Assembly (NCBI GenBank): GCA_013265495.1
Contig: MU058384.1
Coordinates: 3,075,010 to 3,139,009 of the forward strand
Direction of reading: 5' to 3'
Origin: Vicugna vicugna
Taxonomy: Eukaryota
Length of the DNA: 64,000 bases
Positions 1-11,757 of the stretch are shown here, one piece after another. Position 1 is the first letter of the stretch, and every line of letters starts with the position of its first letter. Below the pieces are notes generated by a model that saw only the letters and a program-made list of their open reading frames with translations, was not told the origin of the DNA and did no database searches. Made by a program: the position numbers and the translations under genes.

Positions 1-40
1 GATTATTCATAGCAATATCACAGTCCAGAAATATCAAGAA

Positions 41-180
41 GGGGAGGATATAGCTCAAGTGATAGAGTGTAGGCTTAGCATGCACAAGGTCCTAGGTTCA
101 ATCCCTAGTACCTCCTCCAAATATAAAAAATAAACCCAATTACCTCCCCCTCATAAAAAAAAAGAGAGAGAGAGAGAGAG
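41..180 (+). mobile_element. tRNA-derived SINE, camelid Vic-1 type
   Basis: tRNA-like head GGGGAGGATATAGCTCAAGTGATAGAG with A-box and B-box (GGTTCAATCCC), then AATTACCTCCCCC, an A tail and (GA)n. Candidate TSD AGAAATATCAA at 27-37 and 181-191. Confidence 0.85.
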
Positions 181-249
181 AGAAATATCAAATGCAACTC
201 TGCGTTTCCCTTTAAAAGATGAAAAAAATAGCATTCATCAATCTGCCAA

Positions 250-2830
250 TTGGATGAGAAAGAAGAAATCTCTGGAGCTTTGCTGTTTATTAGATAATGA
301 TCTTGGAAAATGGCCCATGTGGCTTTCTGACAGTGTGGGAATGTTCCTTGCAAAACATATTCTGATGCAAATAAATTATTTAGATTTTCCACAGTCTGAA
401 TATCATGGAAAATTCAATATTTTATTTTATACCAAAATTTGTTCAACTGGAAAAAGAAACTGTAGAAACCTGCTTTTATAGTCTGATTTCAGAGACAAGG
501 TATTATGTTCTTACAGTCAAGTGCTTCACAACCAGTCTTCAAGATTAGCTTCAAAATGAGGGTATTTGTTGCTGGAAACACTTGGTATCTCATAAGAACA
601 CAAAATGTCAATTGTGCATACAAACACAAACATACACAAAACAAAATGTGCAATCACTAGAACTTTCTGAAAGTTTAAACAGCAAAGATTTGATAGTATT
701 TAGCAAAGAAAGTAACACTGACATAGGATGTTAGCATGATGTGTTTAAAAGAATAATATCATGCATTCTCTCCCAAGCTTTTCATAGTACAAACAGTACA
801 ACCCTTACAGAAAGTAATGGAAAATTTCTAATTTTTTTAGAAATTATTTAGAAATTTGATGCTATGATGGATGAACACGTCAGCTGAACGAAAAATGAAA
901 AAGAAATGCAAAATAAGATTTTTAAATTTTTATGTATGGTAAAGTGAGAAAAATTAATCATCTCAAGTTAAAACCTAGTAATACTGATTTCAACTGCATT
1001 GTATCTGAAAGTAAAATCATGCTGAAACATAATTTTATTATACAGATTTTTAAACTACTCCCCTAAATCGACAAAATTGAAATTACAAAGTGTGTAATTT
1101 GTTTTGTATATGTTGGAAAATGTGTGGCTTTTGATTTAAGTGAAGATACTTAAAAAAAAAACACACATTTTCTGCTTCTGTCCTATACTGGTTGCTGTTT
1201 CAAAGCTCCTCCTTGCTCTCTGAGGAGGCAGTACTGATTTTGGACCCCAGATACCAAAGTTTTAAAAAATTACACTTCTTCATTTAAAAAAACCCCACAG
1301 TTTTTAGTGTTAGGCACTACTCTGAAAGATTATCTAGGCAGATCTCTGATATTGGCATCAGCGTAGTTGGTTTGAAAAACAAGTGTACAAATCAGAATCT
1401 TGGCCCAAAGTCAAGGAGTATTCTTTGTACTATGTAGGGCACCATTTGAATTTGTTGTTTGAAACAAGATCTCCTTGGTGTCAATAGTGGAGATTGAAGT
1501 AGTGAAGACATTCCATGGAACAATTCTATTATTATAATAGGTGTTTTGGGGCTGCCTACCAAATATAACCTTACCACTTCACTTAGACACATGATGAGAA
1601 TGTTAAATACTGCTACAACAATTCCATTTCATTTAAGCAAAATATATGAAGTACCCTAGAAGAGGAAAGCAAAATAACTAAAGAATCTCAAAGGGAAACC
1701 AATCTCTGACAAAGAATGAATTAATCTTGTGTTTGGTTATTTGGTCTGAAGTATTAGTCGCTACTACTTATGTTAGCAAAAGCTTACAAGGAAATCAGAT
1801 ACTTTTGATCCACTTAAAAAATTAATAGTGTTTATTTTTTTAATTTAGAGTAAAGGTTTTTTAAAATTGAAACTGCATATAAAATAAACAACAAAGTAGC
1901 ATTTCAATAAAGAAAAGGGAAAGGAGAATGTTTATCTATGAAGAAGATTCATGGACCCGTCATCTCTAAACCCTTTTCTTATAGAAATTATTTTCTGAAC
2001 ATATTAGAGGTTCAGACACAGTCTTGAGTAAAGAGAGATTTTAATAAATGGATCAATATGTTACTGATATTTTTATTTTTTATAATATTACAATGTTGAA
2101 ATTTTTAAAAGAAGAAAAAATTAAGAAGTACTGTCTGGAAATTACCACAAGAGACTATGAAATGTGTATTAAGTGAAGGTAACATATGAAATTAAAATAG
2201 TTTATGATATAGAATACAAACTTGTGGTTGCCAAGGGGGTGGAGGGTGGGAAGGGAAAGATGAGATTTCAAAATCGTAGAATAAATAAACAAGATTATAC
2301 TGTATAGCACAGGAAAATATACACAATATCTTATGGTAGCTCACAGAGAAAAAAATGTGACAATGAATATATATATGTTCACGTATAACTGAAAAATTGT
2401 GCTCTACACTGAAATTTGACACAACATTGTAAAATGATTATAAATCAATAAAAAATGTTAAAAAATAGTTTATGATAAATTCTGTGATTATGGTAATGTA
2501 TTATATGCAGCTCTACTAAAATGATTAAACAGCATGTGCCTGTCAATTATATCTCAATTTTTAAAAAAAGTTTAAAGAATCACACATAAATTTCATAGTT
2601 CATTCTGAGCATTACTTTAAGAATTTTATTGACCATTCCTGTTGCTACTGCCTCAGGAGAGTAAAGTTGACCCAAACAGAAACTAATAAAAACTAAGAGC
2701 TACAATGACTCAAGAAACATCATGCACTGCTGTTGAGAGAATGCAAATTTTGTGAAAATCTGAATCATAACAACATAACTATTAATTTGAATATAAGTGA
2801 AGAAAACAAAAATATATTTTATGAAACAAA
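250..2830 (+). mobile_element. Degenerate hAT-Tip100 (Zaphod/Arthur-like) DNA transposon carrying a near full-length transposase pseudogene
   Basis: Collinear motifs across frameshifts: DLGKWP...DFP (299-390, N-terminal TTF zinc-finger region), NGKFL (816-830), KFDAMMDEHV (852-881), VQIRILAQSQGVFFVLC (1385-1435, cf. GVQxRI...AFFVPCxxH), ITLRILLTIPVATASGE*S*PKQKLIKT (2611-2694, cf. the hAT dimerisation motif LLTIPVTxASxERSFSKLKLIK). Confidence 0.85.
2210..2461 (+). mobile_element. Young 5'-truncated L1 (camelid-type 3' UTR)
   Basis: L1 3' UTR text (TATACTGTATAGCACAGG...GACACAACATTGTAA...CAATAAAAAA). Perfect 16-bp TSD AAAATAGTTTATGATA at 2194-2209 and 2462-2477, at a TT/AAAA endonuclease site. 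Confidence 0.9.
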
Positions 2831-3199
2831 TGTATAATGATGTATAAATGTATATGTCATTTGATTATTCATCCAGACGTTGCTGACCCATTAGCTTAGA
2901 TGCATTGACTTACATAACAATTCTTCAGTTTTCTCTTATTTTTGCCAACACTCAACTATATAAAGGTCATACATGTATATATTTAAAAAGTTATTGTTGC
3001 AAAAGAATATATCTGTTCTAATTTAATATGGCTGGGAGGTGGGTGTCATTTAATATAAGCATGATTACCAGGGCACAAACTCAGTCCATCTGAAAGTACC
3101 TTCCGGAGGAAGTGAGGTCGATGAAAGCTAACCTGATACTCTCAAGAGGCTCATTTATCCCATTCTGTGCTAGAAACTTTCATATCTCTATTCTTTCAT

Positions 3200-3520
3200 T
3201 CATGCTATTTATTCTGCCTGGCGAGTCCTTACCCATGTTCTCTGCCTGGAACACTTTCTATACTTCAACTTCCATCTGGAGTGAGCTCCTAGAAGGCCCC
3301 CTGTCTTTCATTCACAGTGTCCTGCATCCTTTGAAACAAGTATCTCTATTACACATACCGCTTCTCATGGTGTATCAATTATTTTCTGTGTGCTGAGCCA
3401 TGCCAATGAAACACAAGCTAATCGGGATAAGGACCATGATTTTTTCATGTTTGCTGCCCTGACATCAAGATCAGAGCCTTTTGTGTAGAAGATACTTCAA
3501 CATTTATTGAATGAATAAAC
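3200..3520 (+). mobile_element. L2 LINE 3' fragment
   Basis: Ends ...GATACTTCAACATTTATTGAATGAATAAA, resembling the L2 3' terminus. Confidence 0.55.
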
Positions 3521-3711
3521 ACATTCACAAATAGATTACACTTCCAACAACTTCAAAGATGCCCACATTCATGTTACGTATTATATTGTCCATCATATAT
3601 GAAAGCATATATTACATAATACTAATATTGTATATTGTCATGTTCACTACAATTCCTTTATATCTTATCATATCAGAAAGAGCTTTATTAGCCTGTTGAA
3701 ATTAAAAGCAA

Positions 3712-4036
3712 AAGGCACAGATGAACTTATTTACAAAACAAAAAAAACAGACATAGGAAACAAACTTACGGTTACAGAGTGTGGGGGAAAGGGAGTGGGA
3801 AGGGATAAATTGAGAGTTCAAAGTGGCAGATACTACTATATATAAAATAGATAAACAAGTTTCCACTGTATAGCACAGGGAACTCTATTTAATATTTTGG
3901 TAACTTATTATGATAAAGAATGTGAAAACAAATATATGTATGTATATGTATGACTGAAATGTCATGCTGTACACCAGAAATTGACACAACATTGTGAACT
4001 GACTATACTTCAATAAAAATAAATAAATAACCATAA
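3712..4036 (+). mobile_element. 5'-truncated L1 3' UTR (camelid/artiodactyl type)
   Basis: ATGAACTTATTTACAAAAC...CACCAGAAATTGACACAACATTGTGAACTGACTATACTTCAATAAAA followed by an A-rich tail. Short TSD AAAAGCAA on both sides. Confidence 0.85.
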
Positions 4037-4320
4037 AAAAGCAATTTACCTTCGTGTTCCTGCTAAATGTTAACGATATGCAAACCTGAAGAAGTTGTAA
4101 GTCAAGTGAAACAGATTTCAGAACTTGGACAGGCTTCTTCTAATTGAATTTTAAAATGACAAATATTGTAATGTCAGTCATAACAGATGCAAATGACACA
4201 AAAGTTCATAAAATAAAAATGAAAGTCTCCTGCTCTCTCTATATATTCTGAGAGGTAACTGCATTTATCAATTTGATAGGTTTCCTTTCAAACAGCCACA
4301 TATTTTGATGCCTTTTTCCA

Positions 4321-4340
4321 CACACACACACACACACACA
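4321..4340. repeat. (CA)n microsatellite
   Basis: About 10 CA units. Confidence 0.95.
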
Positions 4341-5161
4341 TGCACAAAACCACTGACTGGTAATTTCTTTCCTTCCCTATTTTTTTTTAACAAAACAGAT
4401 TGTAGTTTCCAGATTGTTTGGCAACTTGTTTTCATCACTGAAAAATATTGTAGTTATGAATAGTTTGCTATCGTTTTTAATATGTTTTCTTTAAGATATT
4501 TGGACACTGTATAGCAAGATAATTTAAGAGTTTACTTTGAATATGCAAGTATAAATACTTAATGAAAACAGGACTCTATCATTTCAATTGGACCTCTCAC
4601 AGAGATTTTCTCACATTTGTTTTCTTAAACCATCTTGAAATGCTGGCTCAGTCTCGAAATTCCTGACTATCAAAGCTCAAGTCTCACGGTGACGTCACTT
4701 GGGAAGTCCAGGCTTATCCAGCTTTTCCAAGGGGCAGAAATGGCCCTGGGGATTTCAGATCTACCTCATTTGGAAAATTCAGAAAATTATGTAGAAGTCA
4801 CATCAAGAAAACCTTTGATTTGAAAGTTAATCAAGAGTCATTTTTTAACTTTCCAATACATTTGTTGAAAGAAATGTGTGTACCAAGCACCTACTTAAAA
4901 AAAACAAAACAAAAAACTACTGGGCTAAAAGTAGAGTTTTTCACTTAGTCTGGCAAAGACTCAAGTCGCAATAAACAAACTACCATATTACTAAGTAAAT
5001 GTAAGAGTCATTTTTATTTAGAAATTGTTTTCAATATTTTATTTTGGCTCAACTGAGGCCAAATTATAACTTCAACCAAAATTATAATCCTTTGACTAAG
5101 GATTATTTTGTCCATTTTCACTCATATTAAAACAAATGTAGTTTTCAGTTGTATTTTAGGG

Positions 5162-5658
5162 TGGAGGGGAGAAAAAAAAAGGTTTTCCTCAACCCTCTTA
5201 TGTTCCCAGTTGAGTGTGAAAATTAAACTGACAAATAGCATGATGAGGTCCGGGGTTCAATCCCCAGTACCTCCATTAAAAAAAACAAGGTAAATAAACC
5301 TAATTACCTCCTCCCCTCAAAAAAATTAAAAAAAAATTAATTAAAATTAAAAAAAAAACCAGGAGAAAAACACACAAATTTGATTAAATTCTGACGTGGA
5401 CCTGGGAGCTTCCACAAGAGAATGAAGAGCCAAATAAGTGACCAGTGTAGGAAGCTTTTATACCTTTTAGACAAAGAAACAATACATTCGTGACAAATTG
5501 ACAAGACAAAGGCATTTGGGGTGGGTAGTAAATGGTGAAGTAACAAGGTTTGTTTATACAGTTGCGGTGACCCTCCTGCTTCTGCTGTTTCCTTCAGTTT
5601 AAGATACTCAGTACGCCAAGGTGCCATATTTGGGGGTAGCATGTTTTGAAGCCCATCA
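5162..5658 (-). mobile_element. ERV1-class solo LTR (MER39/MER34-like)
   Basis: TG...CA ends. Reverse complement begins TGATGGGCTTCAAAACATGCTACCCCCAAATATGGCACCTTGG. Flanks AGGG/AGGA (3 of 4 match for a TSD). Homologous to 41668-42174. Confidence 0.75.
5237..5358 (+). mobile_element. 5'-truncated Vic-1-type SINE nested in the LTR
   Basis: GAGGTCCGGGGTTCAATCCCCAGTACCTCC...AAACCTAATTACCTCC plus A-rich tail, homologous to 41-180. Confidence 0.85.
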
Positions 5659-6189
5659 AGGAAAAACAGTGAGGTGTCTCCCCCAGTAATTCAGAAATAA
5701 GATATGACCCCATCCTCCTCTTAGACTTAAACTATGAAAATACCCCCAAATGGACAATAACAGAAAGAGGAAAACTTTGACTGAAAATATTAGCACATCT
5801 GAAGGAGGGATATGTTGAATAAGAGCTTTTGCCACCCCTCAGCATCTCCATCTGGGAAGACAGAGAAAGACTGAGGAGTACTGGAGAAAAAGGAAAAGAG
5901 GAAGGGTCAGAGGACATGGGAGGGGATCGTGACTGCCTGTCCTGGCCTGATGCTCTCAAATGCTGGAATGACCAGTGACCTTGCCCTGGTAGCCTCACCC
6001 AGCTCACATGCTCACCGGCTAACTTAGATAGTCACTTGCCAGCCCACTGAGAAAGTACAAATTTGCTTGGACAGGAAAAGTAAACACATGGCCGGCCATT
6101 CATCAAGTTGGAATAACAGACAGGAGAAAGCCAGCTGCAAAGTTTATGGGAAGCAGTAGTTCTTCCCAAGGACATGCCATAGCTAGACT

Positions 6190-6718
6190 GTGTCATCCAG
6201 TCTTCTTTCTTGAGTGACTATTGCTTTTTTACTCACTGAGAAACATTTTTCTCTAATATCATAGCTGAAATATTGCTGTTTGAAATTATATCAGTAAGGA
6301 TGAAACATTCCATTTTGCCTGGAGGATCTCAGTCACTTTGATGCAGTGAAGCAGCCTCAATTTCTAATCTAGAGGTACAGCTTCAGATAAAGGATGTCTG
6401 GACCACAATGTTCCACATCTATCTGAACTTTATGGTTTCCAAAGAAATAGTGTTCTAAGTCCACGTCATGGTCCAGACTTGATTGACCCTTTATCCACCA
6501 TCCTATCTTGCTTTGAGCCCATGAAAGCACTGCATTTAATTTTCACCTTAATTCCACCCTTTCTTCAAATCCTATAATGACTCATCTTTTCCTTTATTGG
6601 ACGAGATGCTTCACAGTTCCTCTGGGGTGCAGTCTCCCTGCTTACAATAGTTCAATAAGCCCGATTTTTCAGATTTCAGATCTGTTCCTGTTAGTGTTGG
6701 GCTGAAGGGCTAGGACTT
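6190..6718 (+). mobile_element. ERV1-class solo LTR (MER89-like)
   Basis: 3' end GTGCAGTCTCCCTGCTTACAATAGTTCAATAAGCCC...TGTTCCTGTTAGTGTTGGGCTGAAGGGC resembles MER89-family U5. Subfamily from memory. Confidence 0.55.
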
Positions 6719-7229
6719 TGAGTAGGTCTGACCCAGGAGAGGATACTCTGCATTACTGTCATATTGCTCAATGTAATATTTTTATGCTTATAGTGGATCT
6801 GCCCCAAGAGATAGACACATTATTGGAAAACAAGAAAATTAATTTTTACGCCTGCAATTGTATTAAGGGTCTACATTACCAAATAAGTAACAAATGAGCA
6901 CCTAGTGGATTCATAGACAACAGCCCCAAAGATCACCTCATTTGGAAAATTTCTACCCATTCCGGAATGTTCCCATTTCCTTTGATAACTGTAACGCTAC
7001 CAACAGACATACTATGGCTTACTGAGCTGCAGAAACTTGGCAAAGTTTTTTCTCTAAGGAAGTAAGAAAATTGATACCTTTATTTTATTTTTGGAGGGGA
7101 GGAGTACTTTATGTTTTGGAAATCAGTTCATAAAAAAGCAGCTTTAAACAGTGAAAGAGATTTACAAAGCAGTCACCCTAGGTTTTCTTGGAACATGAGA
7201 TCTCAGAGTATTTTGTTTGTTTGTTTGTT

Positions 7230-7378
7230 TTTTCAAACTTGGCCTCTGCCGTGTGCTGTGTCTGTGGAGGTGCTGCAGGGCTGCTGTAGGGCTGAAATGA
7301 CTTCAGGTTAAACTGCTTATTTGAGAGTTTGCTTGAAAAACATGTTTAGCTACCAAAAAAAAAGTTTGGAAATCACTG
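7230..7378. mobile_element. hAT-Charlie-type non-autonomous MER fragment
   Basis: Terminal-like ends TTTCAAACTT... and ...AAAAAGTTTGGAAATCACTG. Confidence 0.45.
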
Positions 7379-7413
7379 CCTGAGTGCTTTTTATACCCAC
7401 CTAATATGTAAAG

Positions 7414-7693
7414 AAGAAAATCGAGTCCAATGACATTTATGCTCACGGTCAGCTTCTAAATTTACCACTCTGTCCTCAGTTCTTCCCATAAATATTCGCT
7501 TTAAACAGGTGGTTGGCAGCTGGCTGGAACAACAGCTCAGTTCCGAACACTGTACTGAAGTTCAGTTTCTGTCCAACAGAGGGCAGTTGTGCAAATGCTA
7601 GGCTGGACGTGATGCAGCCGGAAAGAACTGGGGACAGGGTGGTAAATTTAGAAGCTGACCGTGAGCATAAATGTCATGGGACTTGATTTTCTT
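7414..7693. repeat. Long inverted repeat: 74-bp arms (7414-7487, 7620-7693) with a 132-bp spacer
   Basis: Arms are complementary at 69/74 positions, with a perfect 39-bp core ATGACATTTATGCTCACGGTCAGCTTCTAAATTTACCAC. Confidence 0.97.
7570..7588 (+). promoter_or_regulatory. Candidate CTCF site
   Basis: TGTCCAACAGAGGGCAGTT, close to the core CCASYAGRGGGCRS. Confidence 0.55.
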
Positions 7694-8751
7694 TTGTCTA
7701 GAAGAAGGTAAGCAGCCACATTGTTCTGCTGAGTCTCTGGAGCTTTGGCACCCATTCATTTTATCAACTTTCATTCCCTAGCCTTCCACCTGTGCCACCT
7801 CTTTTTTGTTGTGGGGAGCAGAGTTCTCTCTGAGATCCGGGTTAACAGCTGCCCAGAAGGCCCCAGACTCTGAGGAGTCCTGCACCGCCACGTGACTGCT
7901 CTCTCCTGGACTTCTCTGGAAGGCAGGCGGGGGCCTGCGGTGGCCTTTGCACCTGGTGTGAAGAGCCCACAACTGTTCCATCTCTGAGCTCCAGTTCAGT
8001 CCTGAAAGCAGCATGGACTTTACAAAGCCAATAATCTCTGCCTAATGAAAAAGAGCACCAGCTAAACAACCTGTGTGTTTTTAACCTATAAAATCTCTTA
8101 GTGCACAAAAGCAAAACTAAAAAATTTTTTTTTCTAACGTTAACAGCTTGCTTTCATTTGACATACTTCCTCCAGAAGCACCAAAGAGTTTCTGAATTAG
8201 GAACTTTGTTGTTTTTTTCTTTGTGTCACAAATGTACTTTTTCTTTTGCTTTTTCTTTTCTTTTTTTGAGAGCAGAGCAAGTGGTGTCTGTGAATTCCTA
8301 TTCAGTCAGAATTTCCAAAGACCTACCTCCACACCTGGCTTTGCTCTTGGCAAGATGTGTTTCTAATCCTTATTTGAGTCTATCTCCTTACTTGTTAAAC
8401 AAAGGGACAGGATGGCTCTTCTCTTCGAACTGGAAAATAAATATTAAGAATCTACAATGATTGATTCTCACCTCTTAAAAGATGATAAAAGATGCTAAAG
8501 TTATTTGTATGTTTCACACATACCTGAGTTTATAAACTCACTGTAGTAAAATGTTCGTATCTTACCTTCCCTTGTTTCTTCCTCTTTCTATGAATACGCT
8601 TTTGTTTTTCTAACTGAACCATTGCCTTTTCTGGAGTCTTATAACAGTTGCCCTAGGGCACCCACAGGCAGAGAGTATGCAAAGATGGACTATGTAGCTT
8701 AATGCAACAATGAGAGTTAGAATCCTGTGAGGATGTAACTTTATTTAGAGT

Positions 8752-8973
8752 AGAGGTTAGAAAACAAGACCCACAGGCCAAGCCATCCCATGTTTTGGAA
8801 AATAAAATTTTGTTGAAACACAACCACATCTATGCATTTATGGTTTGTCTAGAGCTGCTTTCTGGTTTCTGCTTTCTAGAGCAGAGGAGTTGCAATAGAG
8901 ACCTTGTGGCTGAAAAGCCTAAATTATTTACTATCTGACATTTTTTCAGAAGAAAAAGCAGGCTCACCTCTGC
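8752..8973. mobile_element. MER58A-like hAT-Charlie element
   Basis: AAATAAAATTTTGTTGAAACACAACCAC...AAAGCCTAAATTATTTACTATCTGAC. Homologous to 47674-47861 and 60889-61090. Confidence 0.8.
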
Positions 8974-9599
8974 TTTAGAGAAATGAAATGTGGTTTCTTC
9001 CAAAAGAATTAACAAAAACAAATTTATTTTATCTCCCTACTAAAAGAGTTGTAGAGTGACCAGAAAAGGAAATCAACAGAAATCAAAACCCTGAGTTAAC
9101 TAGGGAGAACTCTGGCTGTAATTTTTGCTGTCAGATGAGTGTGGCTGTATACAATGTTACTTGAATAGACATCACAAAATGAAATGTCTTTAATTTTTAT
9201 TATTTCTTTTTCTCAAGTTGAATCACATTTCTTTTAGGCTTGAAGTAACATTTTAAGGTAGGGGACCGGTAGCTGCATGGAACTGAAGTATGCATTCAGT
9301 TTTCATTTCATTATTAGCTGCCCCTTGAATGTTGTCCTTCCCTGGGGTTGTCTGCCCTTGGTCCTTCTTTCTGAACCTCTCTGAGTAGGAGTTAAAATTC
9401 TAAGAGTGCATTATGCCTTCTTAACTTTCCACTTAATATAAAGCCAGAATGCTCTTCTTTTATCTACCTGAATACATGATTTAAGCATCAACTTCTCAAG
9501 GACCTACTTCTAGACAAAAGAGAGGGCTTTGGACCCACCAGAAGCTACATATGTGCACATTGTGTGTATGATATGACTTATTTTTAATAGCAAATCTTC

Positions 9600-9927
9600 A
9601 GTGTCACAGCTGGTGGCTCCTCAGTTCTCGTGGCTTTTTCCCTAGCATCACCAGATGGTTGCTTGAGTTGTTTAATTCAAGATGGGAAAAAAATGGGACC
9701 AATGGCATCATATCCCTTCCCTTTCAATAAGAAATCCAAAAGCTTTCTCACAAATATACAGCATGTTAGGCTTCCTTCTCATTGGCTCGAACTCTATCAA
9801 ATGCCTCCTCTTAGTGGCCAGTATATATTCCTGAACACTCTGCTGCCCTAAACAAAATTCAGGGTCTGTTAGCAACTGAGAAGTGAGAGAAGGGATAGTG
9901 GGAAGGCAGTTAACAACACAAGCCACA
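9600..9927 (-). mobile_element. MaLR LTR remnant (MLT1J/K-like)
   Basis: TCTCATTGGC...GCTGCCCTAAACAAAATTCAGGGTCTGTTAGCAA...GGCAGTTAACAACACAAGCCACA. Confidence 0.6.
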
Positions 9928-11634
9928 AAGCTCTAGAATTCCTCTAGCATAAAGTGACTCACATGAACGAACGGGGGTATCTGATAGTTTTGTAATTGTT
10001 GTTAATATTATGGAAATCATTCACTAACTCCTCAAGTATTTGTTAAACCTCCAAAGTGTTCGAGGTCTGGGATTTCTGCTCTGACCCATTTTGATTTTTG
10101 ATTCAACACAATCTAACTTAAATCAAATCATGAAAGTATATTTAATATCCTTTGATGGCATACCAGATTGGTCAAAACCAGTCAGTTCTTTTGAAGGTAA
10201 TGTTGAATGAAATGAAACATATAAATAAATAAAGATGTTGAGTAATCAAGTTGAGGCAGCGTTCCCCCATTTATTGGGTCAATTAATGACTGAAAAGCCT
10301 TTTCTGAAAATTCAAAAACAAATTGTCTTGAGACTGAGATTAAGGGTTAAAAGGAAAGGCCCTTATCCCTCTCAGACTTTGGCGATGAAACAAAGAGATG
10401 GGTCGGAATTTCACAGAATTAATGTGGTGATTCTTGTTCTCTGATCACTAATGAATAACCTGGATGAAATAAACTTCCCTTCTTTGCCAAGGTGCTTTTC
10501 CACCCTTTTGAAGAACTAATAATCATTTACCTACAGCAATGCAGACTTATTAACACAGAAATGTTATTCATATTCAGAAAGAACAATGCATTAAAAATAG
10601 GGACAGAAAGGGGTGGACTAAACAGATTGTGTTCCAGGACTTTGAGCTCTGGGGTCCAAATTTAATCCTCTATTGTCATAACTTCCAAGGGACTATCCAA
10701 ATCCTTTATTTTACTAGAATTCAATTGTATTGACTGTTTGCAGTTAAATGGGGAATTGGCTGAAGATCAAAAATCTGTGATATGGTGAAGACCTTTACTA
10801 TGAGGCACATTTATCAGGATTTGACCTACCGGTCAGAGAGGAGATGAGGACCAAAAGCAACAGAAAATCACGGAGGAGGCCAGGACTCAGCATTTCACTC
10901 TTATTGCTGGTGTCTGAGTCATCTCTGAGGGTTGGTTACCTTAATTACATCAAAAGTGTCCTAGGTCCACTACAAATGGAGGGTGCTGGATCATTTTCCA
11001 CAAACCCTTGCCTAAGAGTACAGCACTCTTACCGCTGGAGTTTTTAATGGAAAGTGGAGTCAGGAGCCAGAACATTTTGGGAAGGTGGCCAGGCACCTAG
11101 GGAGCTTTTTAAAAATACCAACGTCTGACCCCAGACTACTTAATGAATGTGGTCAATTTCATGATCAAAAAAGATGAGAATTTTTAATAAGATCATAAAT
11201 GTATTAATTAATTCAAACAAAAAGTCTCCTTTTATGCACACAACTGCGTTTTCTGACATCCCTGGAATGTAGTTATGAAAACACTGAACACCAGCAATCA
11301 TGGGAATTTAATCTTTTCCCAAAGTAAGTCACTTAATGTTCTAGCAGATTTTGATTCCTTGGGATATGATTCTTAGATTAAATGATATTTACTTCCCTCT
11401 AACTCCTACAATAGTCTAAGCCTTGCCCTCTGGAGACAGGGAAAATCAATCTTATTCTTCTACATCGCAGCCCTTCAATTGTTTGATGATACCTATTACC
11501 TCTCTCTCTTTTTCTTTTTTTTTTTTTAAATCAAATTGTTTAATCATTCTTCAGATGACTGACTTGCAAATCCCATTACTGTCTTGGGTAGATGTATAAA
11601 GAAAAAGCTCCTAATAGTCAATACTTAATTTAAA

Positions 11635-11757
11635 GCAGTGCTTCTCAACACCATCCCCAGAATTTTGATTTATTTGTTCTGGATGGGGGCCCAGATATTG
11701 GTGGTCTTCAAAGCTCCCCAGATGATTTAATTTTCGGCCAAGGCTGAGAATCCCTGG
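11635..11757. mobile_element. MER5A-like hAT-Charlie element
   Basis: CAGTGCTTCTCAAC...AAAGCTCCCCAGATGATTTAAT...CCAAGGCTGAGAATCCCTG. Confidence 0.75.

Noticed and set aside
41..112. tRNA(Ala)-like gene
   Set aside because: It continues into a SINE body, A tail and TSD, and a second copy is at 5237, so it is a SINE head.
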